Source: Malacoraja senta
Taxonomy: Eukaryota
Length of the DNA stretch: 64,000 bases
Direction of reading: 5' to 3'
NCBI GenBank assembly: GCA_038087875.1
Contig: CM076000.1
Location: 1-64,000, forward strand
Below the pieces are notes generated by a model. That model saw nothing but the letters and a program-made list of their open reading frames with translations. It was not told the DNA's origin and did not search any database. Shown here one piece after another: positions 1 through 12,224 of this stretch. How positions within the stretch are numbered: position 1 is the stretch's first letter; each line of letters begins with the position of its first letter. A program made the translations under genes and the position numbers.

Positions 1-60
1 GTGAGTATAGGACCATAGAGGTCCTTCTGCAGTTGTACAGGGCCCTAGTGAGACCACACC

Positions 61-920
61 TCAAGTTCAAGTTACATTTATTGTCACATGCACCAATTGG
101 TACAGTGAGATTTGAGTTACCATACAGCCATACGAATAAAAAGAACACAATACACAATAGAATTTAACATGAACATCCCCCACAGCAGAATCAACGTTTC
201 CCACTGTGAGGGAAGGCAATAAAGTTCAGTCATCTTCCTCTTTGTTCACCCGTGGTCGGGGCCTTTGAGCCCTCCGCTGTTGCCGCTATGGACGGCCCGA
301 TGTACAGGCCCTCTCGCCGGGATGATCAGAGCTCCAATGTCGGAATGGAAGAACACACTCAGTGGCTTGGAGTTTCCGAATCGGCCGCTGCTTACCGGAG
401 ACCGCAGCTTCCGAAGTCCACAGGCCGAGCTGGGCTGAGCTCCAACACTGGTGATCCCCGGCAAAAGATCCCAGAACTCTGCGATGTTAAAGTCAGCGTC
501 TCGCCCGCGGCTAGAAGCTCTGCAAACCACAGCTCCACGGTGTTAAAGTCAGCAGGCCCAACACTCCGGAGCTCCAACACAGCTCCGTGATGGTAATTCA
601 GTGCTGCGCCGCTGCTGTAGCTCTGGCCAGTCTCCGGCAGGAAAGGCCACGCCAATCCAGTTGGTAGCCTGCACGGGGGGGGGTCAGGGGGGGGCGAAGA
701 TGTGACATGGAGAAAAGACGAATCTCCGTCCAGGTAAGTGACTGGGAAATGGTTTACCCCTATTTCTCCCCCCCCCCCCTCCCGCCACCTCCCCCCACAT
801 AAAAAAGACTAAGAAACCTATAGAACATACTTTTTGACACTAAAAATAACAAAAAAGGGTGAAAGGACTAACAGCTGCCGGCGAGGCTGCCACTACGATG
901 GCGCCACCCGATGGAGCAAT
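61..920 (-). mobile_element. Non-autonomous retroelement with a Rex1-like 3' tail (same family as 3001-3530 and 26056-26760)
   Basis: Minus-strand tail gacaataaatgtaacttgaacttga and a GC-rich body with no RT ORF. Interrupts a CR1 with a short ACC(T) duplication. Confidence 0.65.
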
Positions 921-979
921 ACCTGGAGTATTGTGTGCAGTTTTGGTCTCCAAATTTGAGAAAGGACATTCTTGCTATT

Positions 980-2498
980 AACATAGAAGCATAGAAAATA
1001 GGTGCAGTAGTAGGCCATTCGGCCCTTTGAGCCTGCACCGCCATTCAATATAATCATGGCTGATCATCCAACTCAGTATCCTGTACCTGCTTTCTCTCCA
1101 TACCCCCTGATCCCTTTAGCCACAAGGGCCACAACTAACTCCCTCTTAAATATAGCCAATGAACTGGCCTCAACTACATTGTGGCAGAGAATTCCAGAGA
1201 TTCACCACTCTCTGTGTAAAAAATGTTTTTCTCATCTCAGGCCTAAAAGATTTCCCCTTTATCCTTAAACTGTGACCCCTTGCTCTGGACTTCCCCAACA
1301 TCGGGAACAATCTTCCTGCATCTAGCCTATCCAACCCCTCAAGATCTATAAGATCCCCCCTCAATCTTCTAAATTCTAGCGAATACAAGCCGAGTCTATC
1401 CAGTCTTTCTTCATATGAAAGTCCTGACATCCCAGGAATCAGTCTGGTGAACCTTCTCTGTACTTCCTCTATGGCAAGAATGTCCTTCAGATTAGGAGAC
1501 CAAAACTACGCAATACTCCAGGTGTGGTCTCACCAAGACCCTGTACAACTGCAGTAGAACCTCCCTGCTCCTATACTCAAATCCTTTTGCTATGAATGCA
1601 AACATACCATTCGCTTTCTTCACTGCCTGCTGCACCTGCAATCCTACTTTCAATGACTGGCGTACCATGACACCCAGGTTTCGTTGCATCTCCCCTTTTC
1701 CTAATCGGCCACCATTCAGGTAATAGTCTACTTTCCTGTTTTTGCCACCAAAGTGGATAACCTCACATTTATCCACATTATACTGCATCTGCCATGCATT
1801 TGCCCACTCACCCAGCCTATCCAAGTCATCTTGCAGCCTCCTAGCACCCTCCTCACAGCTAACACTGCCCCCCAGCTTCGTGTCATCCGCAAACTTGGAG
1901 ATGTTGCATTCAATTCCCTCGTCCAAATCATTAATATATATTGTAAATAGCTGGGGTCCCAGCACTGAGCCTTGCGGTACCCTACTAGTCACTGCCTGCC
2001 ATTCTGAAAAGGACCCGTTAACTCCTACTCTTTGCTTCCTGTCTGCCAGCCAGTTCTCTATCCACATCAATACTGAACCCCCAATACCGTGTGCTTTAGG
2101 TTTGTATACTAATCTCTTATGTGGGACCTTGTCGAAAGCCTTCTGAAAGTCCAGATATAACACATCCTCTGGTTCTCCCATATCCACTCAACTAGTTACA
2201 TCCTCGAAAAATTCTATAAGATTCGTCAGACATGATTTACCTTTCATAAATCCATGCTGACTTTGTCCAATGATTTCACCATTTTCCAAATGTGCTGCTA
2301 TCCCATCTTTAATAACGGACTCTAGCAGTTTCCCCACTACCGCTGTTAGACTAACTGGTCTGTAATTCCCCGTTTTCTCTCTTCCTCCATTTTTAAAAAG
2401 TGGGGTTACATTAGCTACCCTCCAATCCTCAGGAGCTACTCTAGAATCTAAAGAGTTGTAAAAAATTATCACTAATACATCCACTATTTCTGGGGCTA
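980..2498 (-). mobile_element. 5'-truncated CR1-clade LINE (RT fragment, with frameshifts and stops)
   Basis: ORFs 1170-1430, 1492-2187 and 2188-2559 contain [32 protein letters not shown] and KFADDTK. CTATT is duplicated at 975-979 and 2499-2503. Confidence 0.95.
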
Positions 2499-3000
2499 CT
2501 ATTGAGGGAGTGCAGCGTAGGTTCACAAGGTTAATTCCCCGGGATGGCGGGACTGTCATATGCTGTCATATGCTGAGAGAATGGAGCGGCTGGGCTTGTA
2601 TACTCTGGAATTTAGGATGAGAGGGGATCTTATTGAAACATATAAGATTATTAAATGGTTTGGACATGCTAGAGGCAGGAAGCATGTTCCCGATGTTGGG
2701 GGAGTCCAGAACCAGGAGCCACAGTTTAAGAATAAGGGGTAAGCCATTTAGAATGGAGATGAGGAAGCACTTTTTCACAGAGAGTTGTGAGTCTATGGAA
2801 TTCTCTGCCTCAGAGGGCGGTGGAGGTCGGTTCTCTGGATACTTTCAAGAGAGAGCTAGATAGGGCTTTTAAAGATAGGGGATATGGGGAGAAGGCAGGA
2901 ACAGGGTACTGATTGTGGAAGATCAGCCATGATCACATTGCATGGGGTGCTGGCTCAAAGGGCCGAATGGCCTACTCCTGCACCGATTGTCTATTGACTC

Positions 3001-3530
3001 ATATAATACAATACAATAATACTTTATTAGCCAAGTATGCTTTGCAACATACGAGGAATTTGATTTGCCGTACAGTCATACAAATAAAAAGCAACAGAAC
3101 ACACAAAATACATTTTAACATAAATATCCACCACAGTGACTCCTCCACATTCCTCACTGATGGAAGGTGAAAAATAAGTTCAATCTCTTTCCTTCTTTGT
3201 TCTCCCGCGGTCGGGGGCCTCGAGCCTTCCGTTGACAGGACGATCTTATTCCCGTATCCTTGCAGAGGCGATCACTCCGACAATACAATATAATACAATA
3301 CAATACAATAATAGTTTATTGCGATCGGACCCCGGGTCGGGGCTAGTTGTTGGCGTTCCCGACATCCACGGTCTCCTCCGTGACTGCGAAATCTTGATGG
3401 TAAAGTCCGCAGGCCACGGTTGGAGCGATCCCAGGCAAGGGATCGGCTCCAATGGTAAGTCCACGCCATGGGGCTCAAAGTCAGTCCCGAGGAGGCCTCC
3501 AGCTCCAAGGTGCTAGGCCGCAGTTAAATG
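3001..3530 (-). mobile_element. Truncated copy of the Rex1-tailed non-autonomous element
   Basis: (aatac)n/tttatt tail, with blocks shared with 61-920 and 26056-26760 (ccacagtgactcctccacattcctcactg, cgcggtcggggg). Confidence 0.6.
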
Positions 3531-3556
3531 GCCATCCATCCTCTAAATGGGATATG

Positions 3557-3690
3557 TGTAGGAAAAAACTGCAGATGCTGGTTTAAATCGAAGGTAGACA
3601 CAAAATGCTGGAGTAACTCAGCGGGACAGGCAGCAACTCTGGAGAGAAGGAATGGGTGACGTTTCAGGTCGAGACCCTTTTGAAGAAGGC
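3557..3690 (-). mobile_element. Penelope-derived terminal-repeat fragment
   Basis: aactgcagatgctgg...ctggagtaactcagcggg...gtgacgtttcaggtcgagaccct, the same as the terminal repeats of the Penelope element at 7177-8227. Confidence 0.7.
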
Positions 3691-5656
3691 CAAAGGGCCT
3701 GTTCCGCGTTGTATCTCTAAACTCAACTAAAAACTATTATGGTAACCATCGCTATTATCAAACTTGTGACACCTCAGTGGGAGCATGTTTGCTTATGGAA
3801 AATCAGTGGTTCGGGAAGTTAACTCCTTCACCTAAATGTAATTTTGAGTAAATGGTGTTTTCCAATTTGTCCAAATCCTGAAAAGTGAATGTTTAAAAAT
3901 ATAAGCCAGGTTAGATATAAACCTTCAGAATTAAATGGCAAACCATCCATCGCCTTTGAGACTTCTAAAGGTTCACCGCCTTTTGCCTGTAGAAATTTGT
4001 TCTTACACTGAATTTTGAATGTGTTAGCCTTTTTTCCGTGACTGTGATCCCTGGTTCCAGACGAATCAGTCATATGCAACATCATCCCTCAATCCAGCCT
4101 GAAAGCATTTTGTATATTTCAATGAGATCTCCTTTTGTTCACGTCAATTGTGAAGAATGCAAGATGATTCCACTTTGTGTGATCTCATACTGCAAAGCTG
4201 ACATCTCTGAAACTAGTCAAATGAATATTTGTTGCATTCTTCTGTGACCAAGCATATCCTCTTGTAGAAAAACACCCAAAACTGCACAATACCCCAGGTT
4301 CGGTCGTACCATTGCATTGTCATATTTAATCTTGCAATCAAAATCATCTCCGTTGCAGGTTGCTTACACTCATATTCAGCAAATGCAACAAGTTTTATTG
4401 CTGTGACAACTGTTGCCTAAATTTCCTTTCAGTTTGCCACATTTGGTTTCCACTGCATGTGAATTATCTGTGCCTTGAGCTTATGGCTGAGGACACTTGA
4501 CACTAGTACTACTTCCTGTTCCTCATTATTGTGAATCATTGGCATGCATGCTGAAAATCAACAACAGCTCCTCACATCTTGAGTAGAAAATAATTGTTTG
4601 CGCTGTTTCACGTTATTACAATAGGTCCTGCTGTATTAAAGCTGCATGAAGCTTACAAGATGGTTGCTAATCCACCTTGAAATAATTATCTTTAATTATT
4701 TTTTGACTTCACAGGAGAGATGTATAAAATGCTAATTTGTTTTGTGTGTGTAGAAATAAAGAACTGCAGATGCTGGTTACAGAAGGACACAAAGTGCTGG
4801 TGTAACTCAGCTAGTCAGAAGTAGGATCTCAACCCGAAGCATCATCTTTCCATGTTCTCCAGGGTCGCTACCAGATCAGCTGAGTTACTCCAGCACTTTG
4901 TCCTTTTTGTGTTTTGGATGCCTACAGCATTGTCAATTGATAACATGAAATATAATGATACATTTGAAAACAAATGAATAATTTAATGTTTTTTTTCCCT
5001 TCACTGTTGATTAAATATTTAATTTCAAAATCCTCAATGGCGTATCTTATGTTTTTCTGTTAATTGATTGCAGTTCTTAAGAACATTCTGCTTTTAAATG
5101 ACTAGTCTTTGTTTCTTTGGAGAACAAAATATATTGTCTCCTGTATTCTTGACCTAATTGCAATACATGCCTTTTTACATGAAAGCCAAAATCTCTGATT
5201 AGAGTTGAGGATTCTGTGCATATTTCCCTTGCTCTTGGGTTTTAACTGCGCAGCATATACCAATGCTGTACCTAAGTGTTTAATTTTTATTATTGATGCG
5301 ATGTGCATGTGGTTTTATTTTTGGCTAATGGTCGACAAATTACCGGCGTTTTTCTGTCAGTGTTGCTGGGTAAGATGGCATGCAACTTGGAAGTGGAGCC
5401 TGAGGTGGCACCTGCTACCGGTGACTTTGAAGCAGATTTGCAGGTTTGCTGTTTGCGCATCCTTGGTGAGCAACTACTGTCGATTTTGTTGCTGCAACCA
5501 TGTGTTGGCAGTGCAAAAGAATGTTCAGGGGTTTGATGGGTTTCAAGTCAAGGATTTTTCTCCATATCTATGATTTTTCTCCATGCTCAACTATAATGTT
5601 GTTAAAGTTGAATGTTCTTGGATAATGAAAAAGTTCTGGAGTGTCTTGAGGTATAA

Positions 5657-6174
5657 CGGCTCTGTCTCACGGTGTTGCGGTCATCGGCGGTGAAGCGCGG
5701 CTTCGCCTGTAGAGGGGACCACACGGCAACGGCGAGAGCGCCGAGCCTATGCCACGGGAGCGCCGCACGGATGCTGCGCAGGGGCCGAGTGATTTAAGTA
5801 CGGCTTGTCCCACGAGCTTGCGGTAAGTTTAAAAAAAGGGCGGGCCGACTGCGATGACGTCATTTTGGATCTGCGGGGCTGTGGCGGCGGCCGTGCTGAT
5901 CGCGACGCTGTAGAGGTGGCTGTGGCGGCGGCCGTGCCGCACTCGTGCCTCACTGGCGGCGGCTGTGGCGGTGCAAGTTCGACGCAAGGCGCTCGTGCCA
6001 CACTGGCGGCGGCTGTGCGGTAGGGGCATATTTTTGAACAGTGTTGGTGTTGGGAACAACGCCGCACGGCCCCGGAATTGTGCGTTTGACCGAGTGCGCG
6101 GTCTATGGCGGCCCAGGAGCGGTAGATTCTTCCTGTTTCGCCGCCAATGACCGCAGACTCGTGAGACAGGCCTT
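5657..6174. mobile_element. PIF/Harbinger-like MITE, CpG-rich
   Basis: Imperfect ~40-bp TIRs (cggctctgtctcacggtgttgcggtcatcggcgg / ccgccaatgaccgcagactcgtgagacaggcctt), flanked by TAA at 5654-5656 and 6175-6177. Confidence 0.75.
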
Positions 6175-7176
6175 TAAACCACAAAGTTTGATTCATCCAG
6201 CTACATAAATATTACCTTGTTGCGATAATATTTATGTAGCAGGCTGAGTCGACTTGCTTGTCATTGGTGACTCCCTGGATCTTTATGACAAGGACTCGCT
6301 GATCATAATATTCCTGATTGTAAATAGTTTGTCCCTCCTTCTTGAATTTTGTAATCATTGCTGTATAGCCATTGCATGATGCCAGTTAATTGACTGTCTG
6401 ATTGACCTCTTGGTCTGGATGCATGCAGGTATGGAATGGTTTGCTTTCTAAGGAGCTGCCAATGGAATTAATCATTGTGTAATTGCAGATGACAACTCTG
6501 ACCTATTTGTTTCATTTATAATCCCAAGGTCATATATAAATCGCCACATAATTAGAGTGGAACATAAATGTAATTTGTTGGAAGTTGGTCCACTTGGATT
6601 CCAGTAATGTTTATCTCCTTTGTTTACTCGCTGAAGGGAAGCTAAACGTAAGAAAATATTTCCTACAGATCAACTGCAATATGTAACTGGAAGGACAGAT
6701 TGCCAATTAGTATCAGCAATGAAGGAATTAAATTTGTGGACCAAATAACCGAGGTTGTGCGGGTGTCAGAGATCGAGCGGACAAAGCAAAGTTGACTGTG
6801 CCTGAACCCCTCTGTCAGTGGATCACCAACTTCCTGACAGACAGGAAGCAGCATGTGAGGCTGGGAAAGCACATCTTGGACCCACTCGTTCTCTGCATAG
6901 GAGCACTGCAAGGCTGCGTACACTCCCCGCTTCTTTACTCTCTCTACACCAACGACTGCACCCCCACAGACTCCTCTATCAAGCTTCTCAAGTTTCCTAT
7001 CAACCCTGATAGGACTGATCCAGGATGGGGAGGAATCTGCCTACAGACGGGAAGTGACACAACTGGCGTCCTGGTGCCATCGCAACAACATGGAGCTCAA
7101 TGCTCTTAAGACTGGAATTGATTGTAGACTTTAGGGGAAGCCCCTCCCCTCCCCCAACTCGCCATCAACAACACCA

Positions 7177-8227
7177 TGTTTAAGAAAGGACTGCAGATGC
7201 TGAAAAAATTGAAGGTAGGCAAAAATGCTATAGAAACTCAGCAGGTAAGGCAGCATCTATGGAGCGGAATAGATGACGTTTTGGGTCGAGACCCTTCTTC
7301 AGAGTGGTGTGGAGGTGGGGGGGGGGTGGGAAGAAGAAAGGAAGAGGCGGAGACAGTAGGTTGTGGGAGAGCTGGGAAGGATAGGGAAGGAGGGAGAAAG
7401 CCAGGAATACCTGAAATTGGAGGTCAATGTTCAAATTTCAAATCTCAAATTTCAGGTAGTCCTTGCTTTAATCCTCCGATATTTTCGCCACCTCCAACGG
7501 GATCCCACCACTGGCCACATCTTCCCATCTCCTCCCCTTTCGGCTTTCCGCAGAGACTGCTCCCTCCTGGTCAATTCGTCCCTTCCCACCCAAACCACCC
7601 CCTCCCCTGGTACTTTCCCTTGCAACCGCAAGAAATGCTACACTTTGACTCCTTCCAAAGACCTAAGCAGTCGTTCCAGGTGCGGCAGAGGTTCACCTCC
7701 ACCTCCTCCAACCTCATCTAATGCATCCGCTGCTCTAGGTGTCAGCTGCTCTACATCGGTGAGACTTGGCGATCGTTTCGCCCAACACCTCGGCTCAGTT
7801 CGCAATAACCAACCTGATCTCATGATGGCTCAGCACTTCAACTCCCCCTCCCATTCCGAATCCAACCTTTCTGTCCTGGGCCTCCTCCATGGCCAGAGTG
7901 AGACCCACCGCAAAATGGAGGAGCAGCACCTCATATTTCGCTTGGGTAGTTTACACCCCAGCAAGATGAACATTGACTTCTCCAATTTCAGGTAGTCCTT
8001 GCTTTCTCCCTCTTTCCCCTCCCCTTCCCAGCTCTCCCACAGCCCACTGTCTCCGACTCTTACTTTCTTCTTCCTGCCCCCCCCCACCCCACATCAGTCT
8101 GAAGAAGGGTCTCGACCCGAAACGTCACCTATTCCTTCGCTCCATAGATGCTGCCTCACCCGCTGAGTTTCTCCAGCATTTTTGTCTGCCTTCGATTTTT
8201 CCAGCATCCACAGTTCCTTCTTAAACA
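7177..8227 (+). mobile_element. Penelope-like element fragment: GIY-YIG endonuclease remnant between inverted terminal repeats
   Basis: SNLI*CIRCSRCQLLYIGET / RLGDRFAQHL / AQHFNSPSH. The ends tgtttaagaaaggactgcagatgctg ... cagcatccacagttccttcttaaaca form a ~280-bp inverted repeat. Confidence 0.88.
8099..8126 (+). ncRNA. Minimal type-I hammerhead-ribozyme-like motif in the Penelope terminal repeat
   Basis: CUGAAGA-A-GGGU(CUCG)ACCC-GAAA-CGUC. Helix I is weak. Confidence 0.55.
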
Positions 8228-9461
8228 CTGTATATCGTCTTGTTACTTGCGATCAAAGCACCAAGGCAAATTCCTTGTGTGTATACATACTTGGCTAATA
8301 ACATTTATTCTATTCAATTCAAGAAATGGCAGCAGGTGAGGGGTTTGAAGCCCCATGGTGACCGAGCACTTCCTGCCTGTGGTGGTGGCCTGAAGAAAGG
8401 ATTTTCCCCATGGGCTACAACGTGAGCAGCACCAACCACTGCTTCAACTGGACCGTGCAATGGGTGAAAAATGCTCGCTGGTGCACCTTGCAAGTCGGGC
8501 GGGGGCCCTCGAAGCCTGTCTTCCAACAGCCAGCAAGGCAGTGCAAGTCGGGAGTCCGTCCGATATAATCAAAAACTGTTATAAAGGGGTCTGTTAGAAC
8601 GGTGGTTCACTGTAACAACAAACAGTTAATTTGTTCATTACTTTGTGACTGCTTTTCTCTTCATATTGCTTAAGTAATTGGACGGTTCAAAGACTGAAAC
8701 TATGCAAATGGTTTCATTTACACATAACTGCCTTCAGTCTTTAACTCTTCACTGTTGATTCCAGTCTCTGTGCAGTTTCTTACTGTTGGCATTGCTAATT
8801 TTCCTTCTGATCAGGAATGGCATTCGCATTCAATTTTGTGTATCTTTAGAAAACTGGTGTCAGCAAATCAAATAAAGGATATTTCCATTAACGATAAAAG
8901 AACAAGTACTCTTGGAAGTGATTTTTTTTTTAAAAGCTTCTATTATATTATTGGTGGAAATTAATGATAAAAAAAAGCTGAAATGTGGAAAAGGTGTCAT
9001 TTAAATTGGGCAGGAAACTGGTATAATAAACGAGTCTTGGGATGGTTATCAATTCCTCCTTCCCAACAAATGCTCCCTATTCCTGTCCATCAGCACTGCT
9101 TGTGACTAACTTGGGTAATTTACTGATTTCCAGGAAGCAGAAATAATAGACGCTTCTAGCTAGAATACATAAAGCAAAAATGTGGTGATCTGGAACTTGC
9201 TTTCAGATTGTTGTTGCCTCCACTTTTCGCAGTCAATGCAGTGATGTTTTGACATCTGAGATTACAACCCATGATTCTTCCATGCGGAAAGATTACACCA
9301 AATCTATCAGCAATAAATGTTGCGACTGTTTCTTATCAGTGCAGTTGTATTATTTCACTTGCAAGTGAGAGCCAGGGACAGGAAATCAAATACATTGATG
9401 TGGAACTGCCTGTATAAAAATATACTTAGCAGGTCTTTGTCATTAGAAGCAATAGAAGTAA

Positions 9462-9768
9462 AGGGCCTGTCCCACTGTACGAGGTAATTCAAGAGCTCTC
9501 CCGAGTTTAAAAAAAAATCAAACTCGTGGTAAGCACGTAGAATGTACGTAGCGGGTAAGTCGGAGCTCGGGACGTCTCTTAGCGGCTCGTAACGCTAATG
9601 GCAGATACTCGGGGAACGCGGTAAGCTCATGAAGATTTTTCAACATGTTGAAAAATGTCCACGAGAGCCCAGAGTACCTACGAGCGGCTATTACCGTAAT
9701 TCTCCGAGTTCGAATCAGGGGAAACTCGGGAGAACACTTGAATTAGGTCGTACAGTGGGACAGGCCCT
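9462..9768. mobile_element. PIF/Harbinger-like MITE
   Basis: Perfect 21-bp TIR agggcctgtcccactgtacga / tcgtacagtgggacaggccct, extending imperfectly to about 45 bp. Flanks are TAA / TTA. Confidence 0.85.
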
Positions 9769-9919
9769 TTAGGAATGGTTTGAGGGTACTTTATTGATTT
9801 CACTGCCTTTTATAACCAACTTTTAATTCCTACATTTGCTTTGGTAAATTATGCAGGATTTCTTAAAACTGGTTATAGTAATTTTTGTCTTCAGAAATAT
9901 TTGAAGGAATACCTTGCAC

Positions 9920-11815
9920 TTTGTTCGCTCGTGTGTCAGACGACGTTCTGCCACAACCAGTGCCACATCTGTGCCTCTGCAGAGATCGTCCGCAGTGCAT
10001 GCCTCTCTACCGCAAGTCAGTAGTTGGGCCATTGTCTGAACCTATCCACAGTTGCACTTGTCAGAGTTCGAGAAGCCCCACTTCTTCAGGTTGAGTCCGC
10101 AACGTCCCACTCCAGTACGGAGGTGGTTTAGGGCTTTCCAGGTAGTATAAGGCAGGTGGTGTCCTGGTGCCATCTGTTGTTTGGTTTTGGTGCCTGGTAC
10201 GTTTGGCTCTAGTTCCATAAAGATGTTCCGACTCTTCAAGTGTTTCTTGGCACGTTGGTGATTGTACAAAGGGTGATGGGGGTCTGTGTCCGCATTGAAG
10301 CGTTCTACTGCAGCTGCCCGATCACGTCTTCGAGATGGTTTGTCAATGCCAGCCAGCTCTTACAAATATCCAACCTTTGTTGGCTTCAGGAATCCTGTGG
10401 TTTTCCTGCAGGCAGTGTTCAATGCAGAGTCCACCTTGCGTGCATGTTTAGAGTGGCTTCAGACGGGGCTTGCATATTCTGCCAATGAGAAACAGAGCGC
10501 CAGGGCTGCAGTGCGGATTGTTGTTGGGTCACTTCCAAATGAGCTGTTTCCCAATTTTTCGATAATATAGTTCCGGGTGTTGACCTTTGCCTTGGTTTTC
10601 TCAACATGTTGGCGATATAACGTCCGATCGAGGACCACACCTAGGTACTTTGGGGCTTTGCAGTGTTCCAACAGGACATCATTCCATCGCACCTGCAGTT
10701 GACATTTCGCATCCCGGTTCCGGAGGTCGAAAGCTGCGCTTTGCATTTTTGTTGGGTTTGGGCGCAGGGAATTCTGTTGGTAGTATGTTGTCATATTCTT
10801 CAGCCTCTAGTACGGTCTCAATCTGGCTGAAGTCTGAGGATTGTGTTGCGATGCATGTCATCGGCATACAGAAATGACCTCGTTTTCGGGGTGATTGGTG
10901 TATATATTGAACAATATTGGGGCAAGGACACTGCTATAGCTGTTCTGGACATTCAGGCTTACGAAGAAGCGGCGGTTCTTCATCATTGTCATGATGAACT
11001 GGACAAGATGAGAGTCCTGCAGTGTTTGTTGCAGTTTGGCTTTCATGTTACGGTGGTTTACAGTGGTTTGCTGCGGACAAGTCTACAAATACTGCACCTG
11101 TGATCAGCTTCTACTCAAAGCCATCTTCAATGTGCTGATTGAGGTTCAGCTGTTGTCCTGTTGTTGACTTTCTGTGGCGGAACCCAGCCTGTTCAGGTAT
11201 CAAGACATTGTCTACATCCAGCGTGATGTGGTTCAGTATGCATCTTTCCATCAGTTTGTATGGGTGGCACAGCAGGGATATAGGTCGGTAGCTGCTGGGA
11301 AGATTAGCATCTTTGCCTGGTTTTGGTAAAGCAACAACCTTCGATTTCCGCCAGACTCGTGGGATGGAGTTGGTTGCTATGCAGATGTTAAACATCTCCA
11401 GCAGTGTTCTTGTGCTCTGGGACCCAGATGTTGCAGCATCTCAGTTCAGATGTTGTCTAAGCCGGCTGCCTTGTTAGGTTTCATCACATTCAGGGCTTTG
11501 TTGAGTTCGTCCATGGTGGAAGGTTGAGTGTACCATCCGTCGTTTCGGTTTTTGCCATCAACAACCTTTGGGGGTGGATGTTTCTTCCCATGACTCTTGC
11601 CATTTAGCAACAACTGGTGGGCAACCTGGTTAGCAGTCACATTTCCACATGGTTTACTGTGGGTGGGGTCATTACCGAGACGACTCAGTGTCGCCCATGC
11701 CTTCCTGCTGCTGTGTCATAGGTCTGTTGTTTCTATCAGCTCCAGCCATTGTCTGCATTTTTCCTAATTTGCATCTGGGAGCTGTTTCCCGATCTCAGCT
11801 GTTTTGTCTGCGAAT
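9920..11815 (-). mobile_element. RTE/RTE-X-like LINE, degraded RT and C-terminal region
   Basis: ORF fragments KAAGLDNI, LPKPGKDANLPSSYRPISLLCHPYKLMER, EQAGFR, SVLAPILFNIYTN, KYLGVVLDRTL, WKALNHLRTGVGRC..NLKKWG..CNCG. Confidence 0.8.
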
Positions 11816-12224
11816 GTTTATGTTTTTTGACATAAAGATATAAAGTAAATTGTACTTGTTTTAAAGGAATGCAGGAACATAAAATGTGAGAGTGCCCCGG
11901 GTTGCAGACTGTTATTAAGAATTTTAAAAGAAAATTTACATGGGATTCCAGGGTTTTAAACACACTGAAAAGATGGAATGTTATGTTAATCGTCACAGAT
12001 CTCACTAGGAATACTGTGTCCAATTCTGGCAATGTCATTTAAGACCTTGGAGATAGTGCAGTGACTGGTATCAGGATTGTGCAAGGTCACCACCATGAAA
12101 GGATGAGAGCAGCTGTTATGATACTGAGGGCAGAAAAGAGTTAGAGATTTAGTGGTTTTAGAATTATGACAGACTCTGAAATAGATAGGGATTTATTTTG
12201 CTTTATTAAAGGATTGATCAGCGA

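Larger units (their letters stand above)
1..2996 (+). mobile_element. CR1-clade LINE 3' portion, split into 1-60, 921-979 and 2499-2996 by two insertions
   Basis: The pieces rejoin as ...LQLYRALVRPHLEYCVQFWSPNLRKDILAIEGVQRRF...LGLYTLEFR..RGDLIETYKI, followed by a CR1-type 3'UTR. Confidence 0.88.
6793..8321 (+). mobile_element. Rex1/Babar LINE 3' fragment (6793-7176 and 8228-8321) interrupted by a Penelope element
   Basis: LCQWITNFLTDRKQHVRLG...GALQGCVHSPLLYSLYTNDC...LLKF; tail ggctaataacatttattctattcaattcaa. Confidence 0.8.

Noticed and set aside
1742..2146. Antisense ORFs over LINE RT regions (also 27899-28309, 37999-38409)
   Set aside because: These are shadow ORFs that recur opposite the same CR1 RT segment.
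5205..5573. 122-aa Cys/Phe-rich ORF
   Set aside because: Non-ATG start, composition typical of T-rich non-coding DNA, and no family resemblance.
5747..6196. 149-aa and overlapping GC-rich ORFs
   Set aside because: They lie inside a TIR-bounded MITE, have low complexity and show no recognisable domain.
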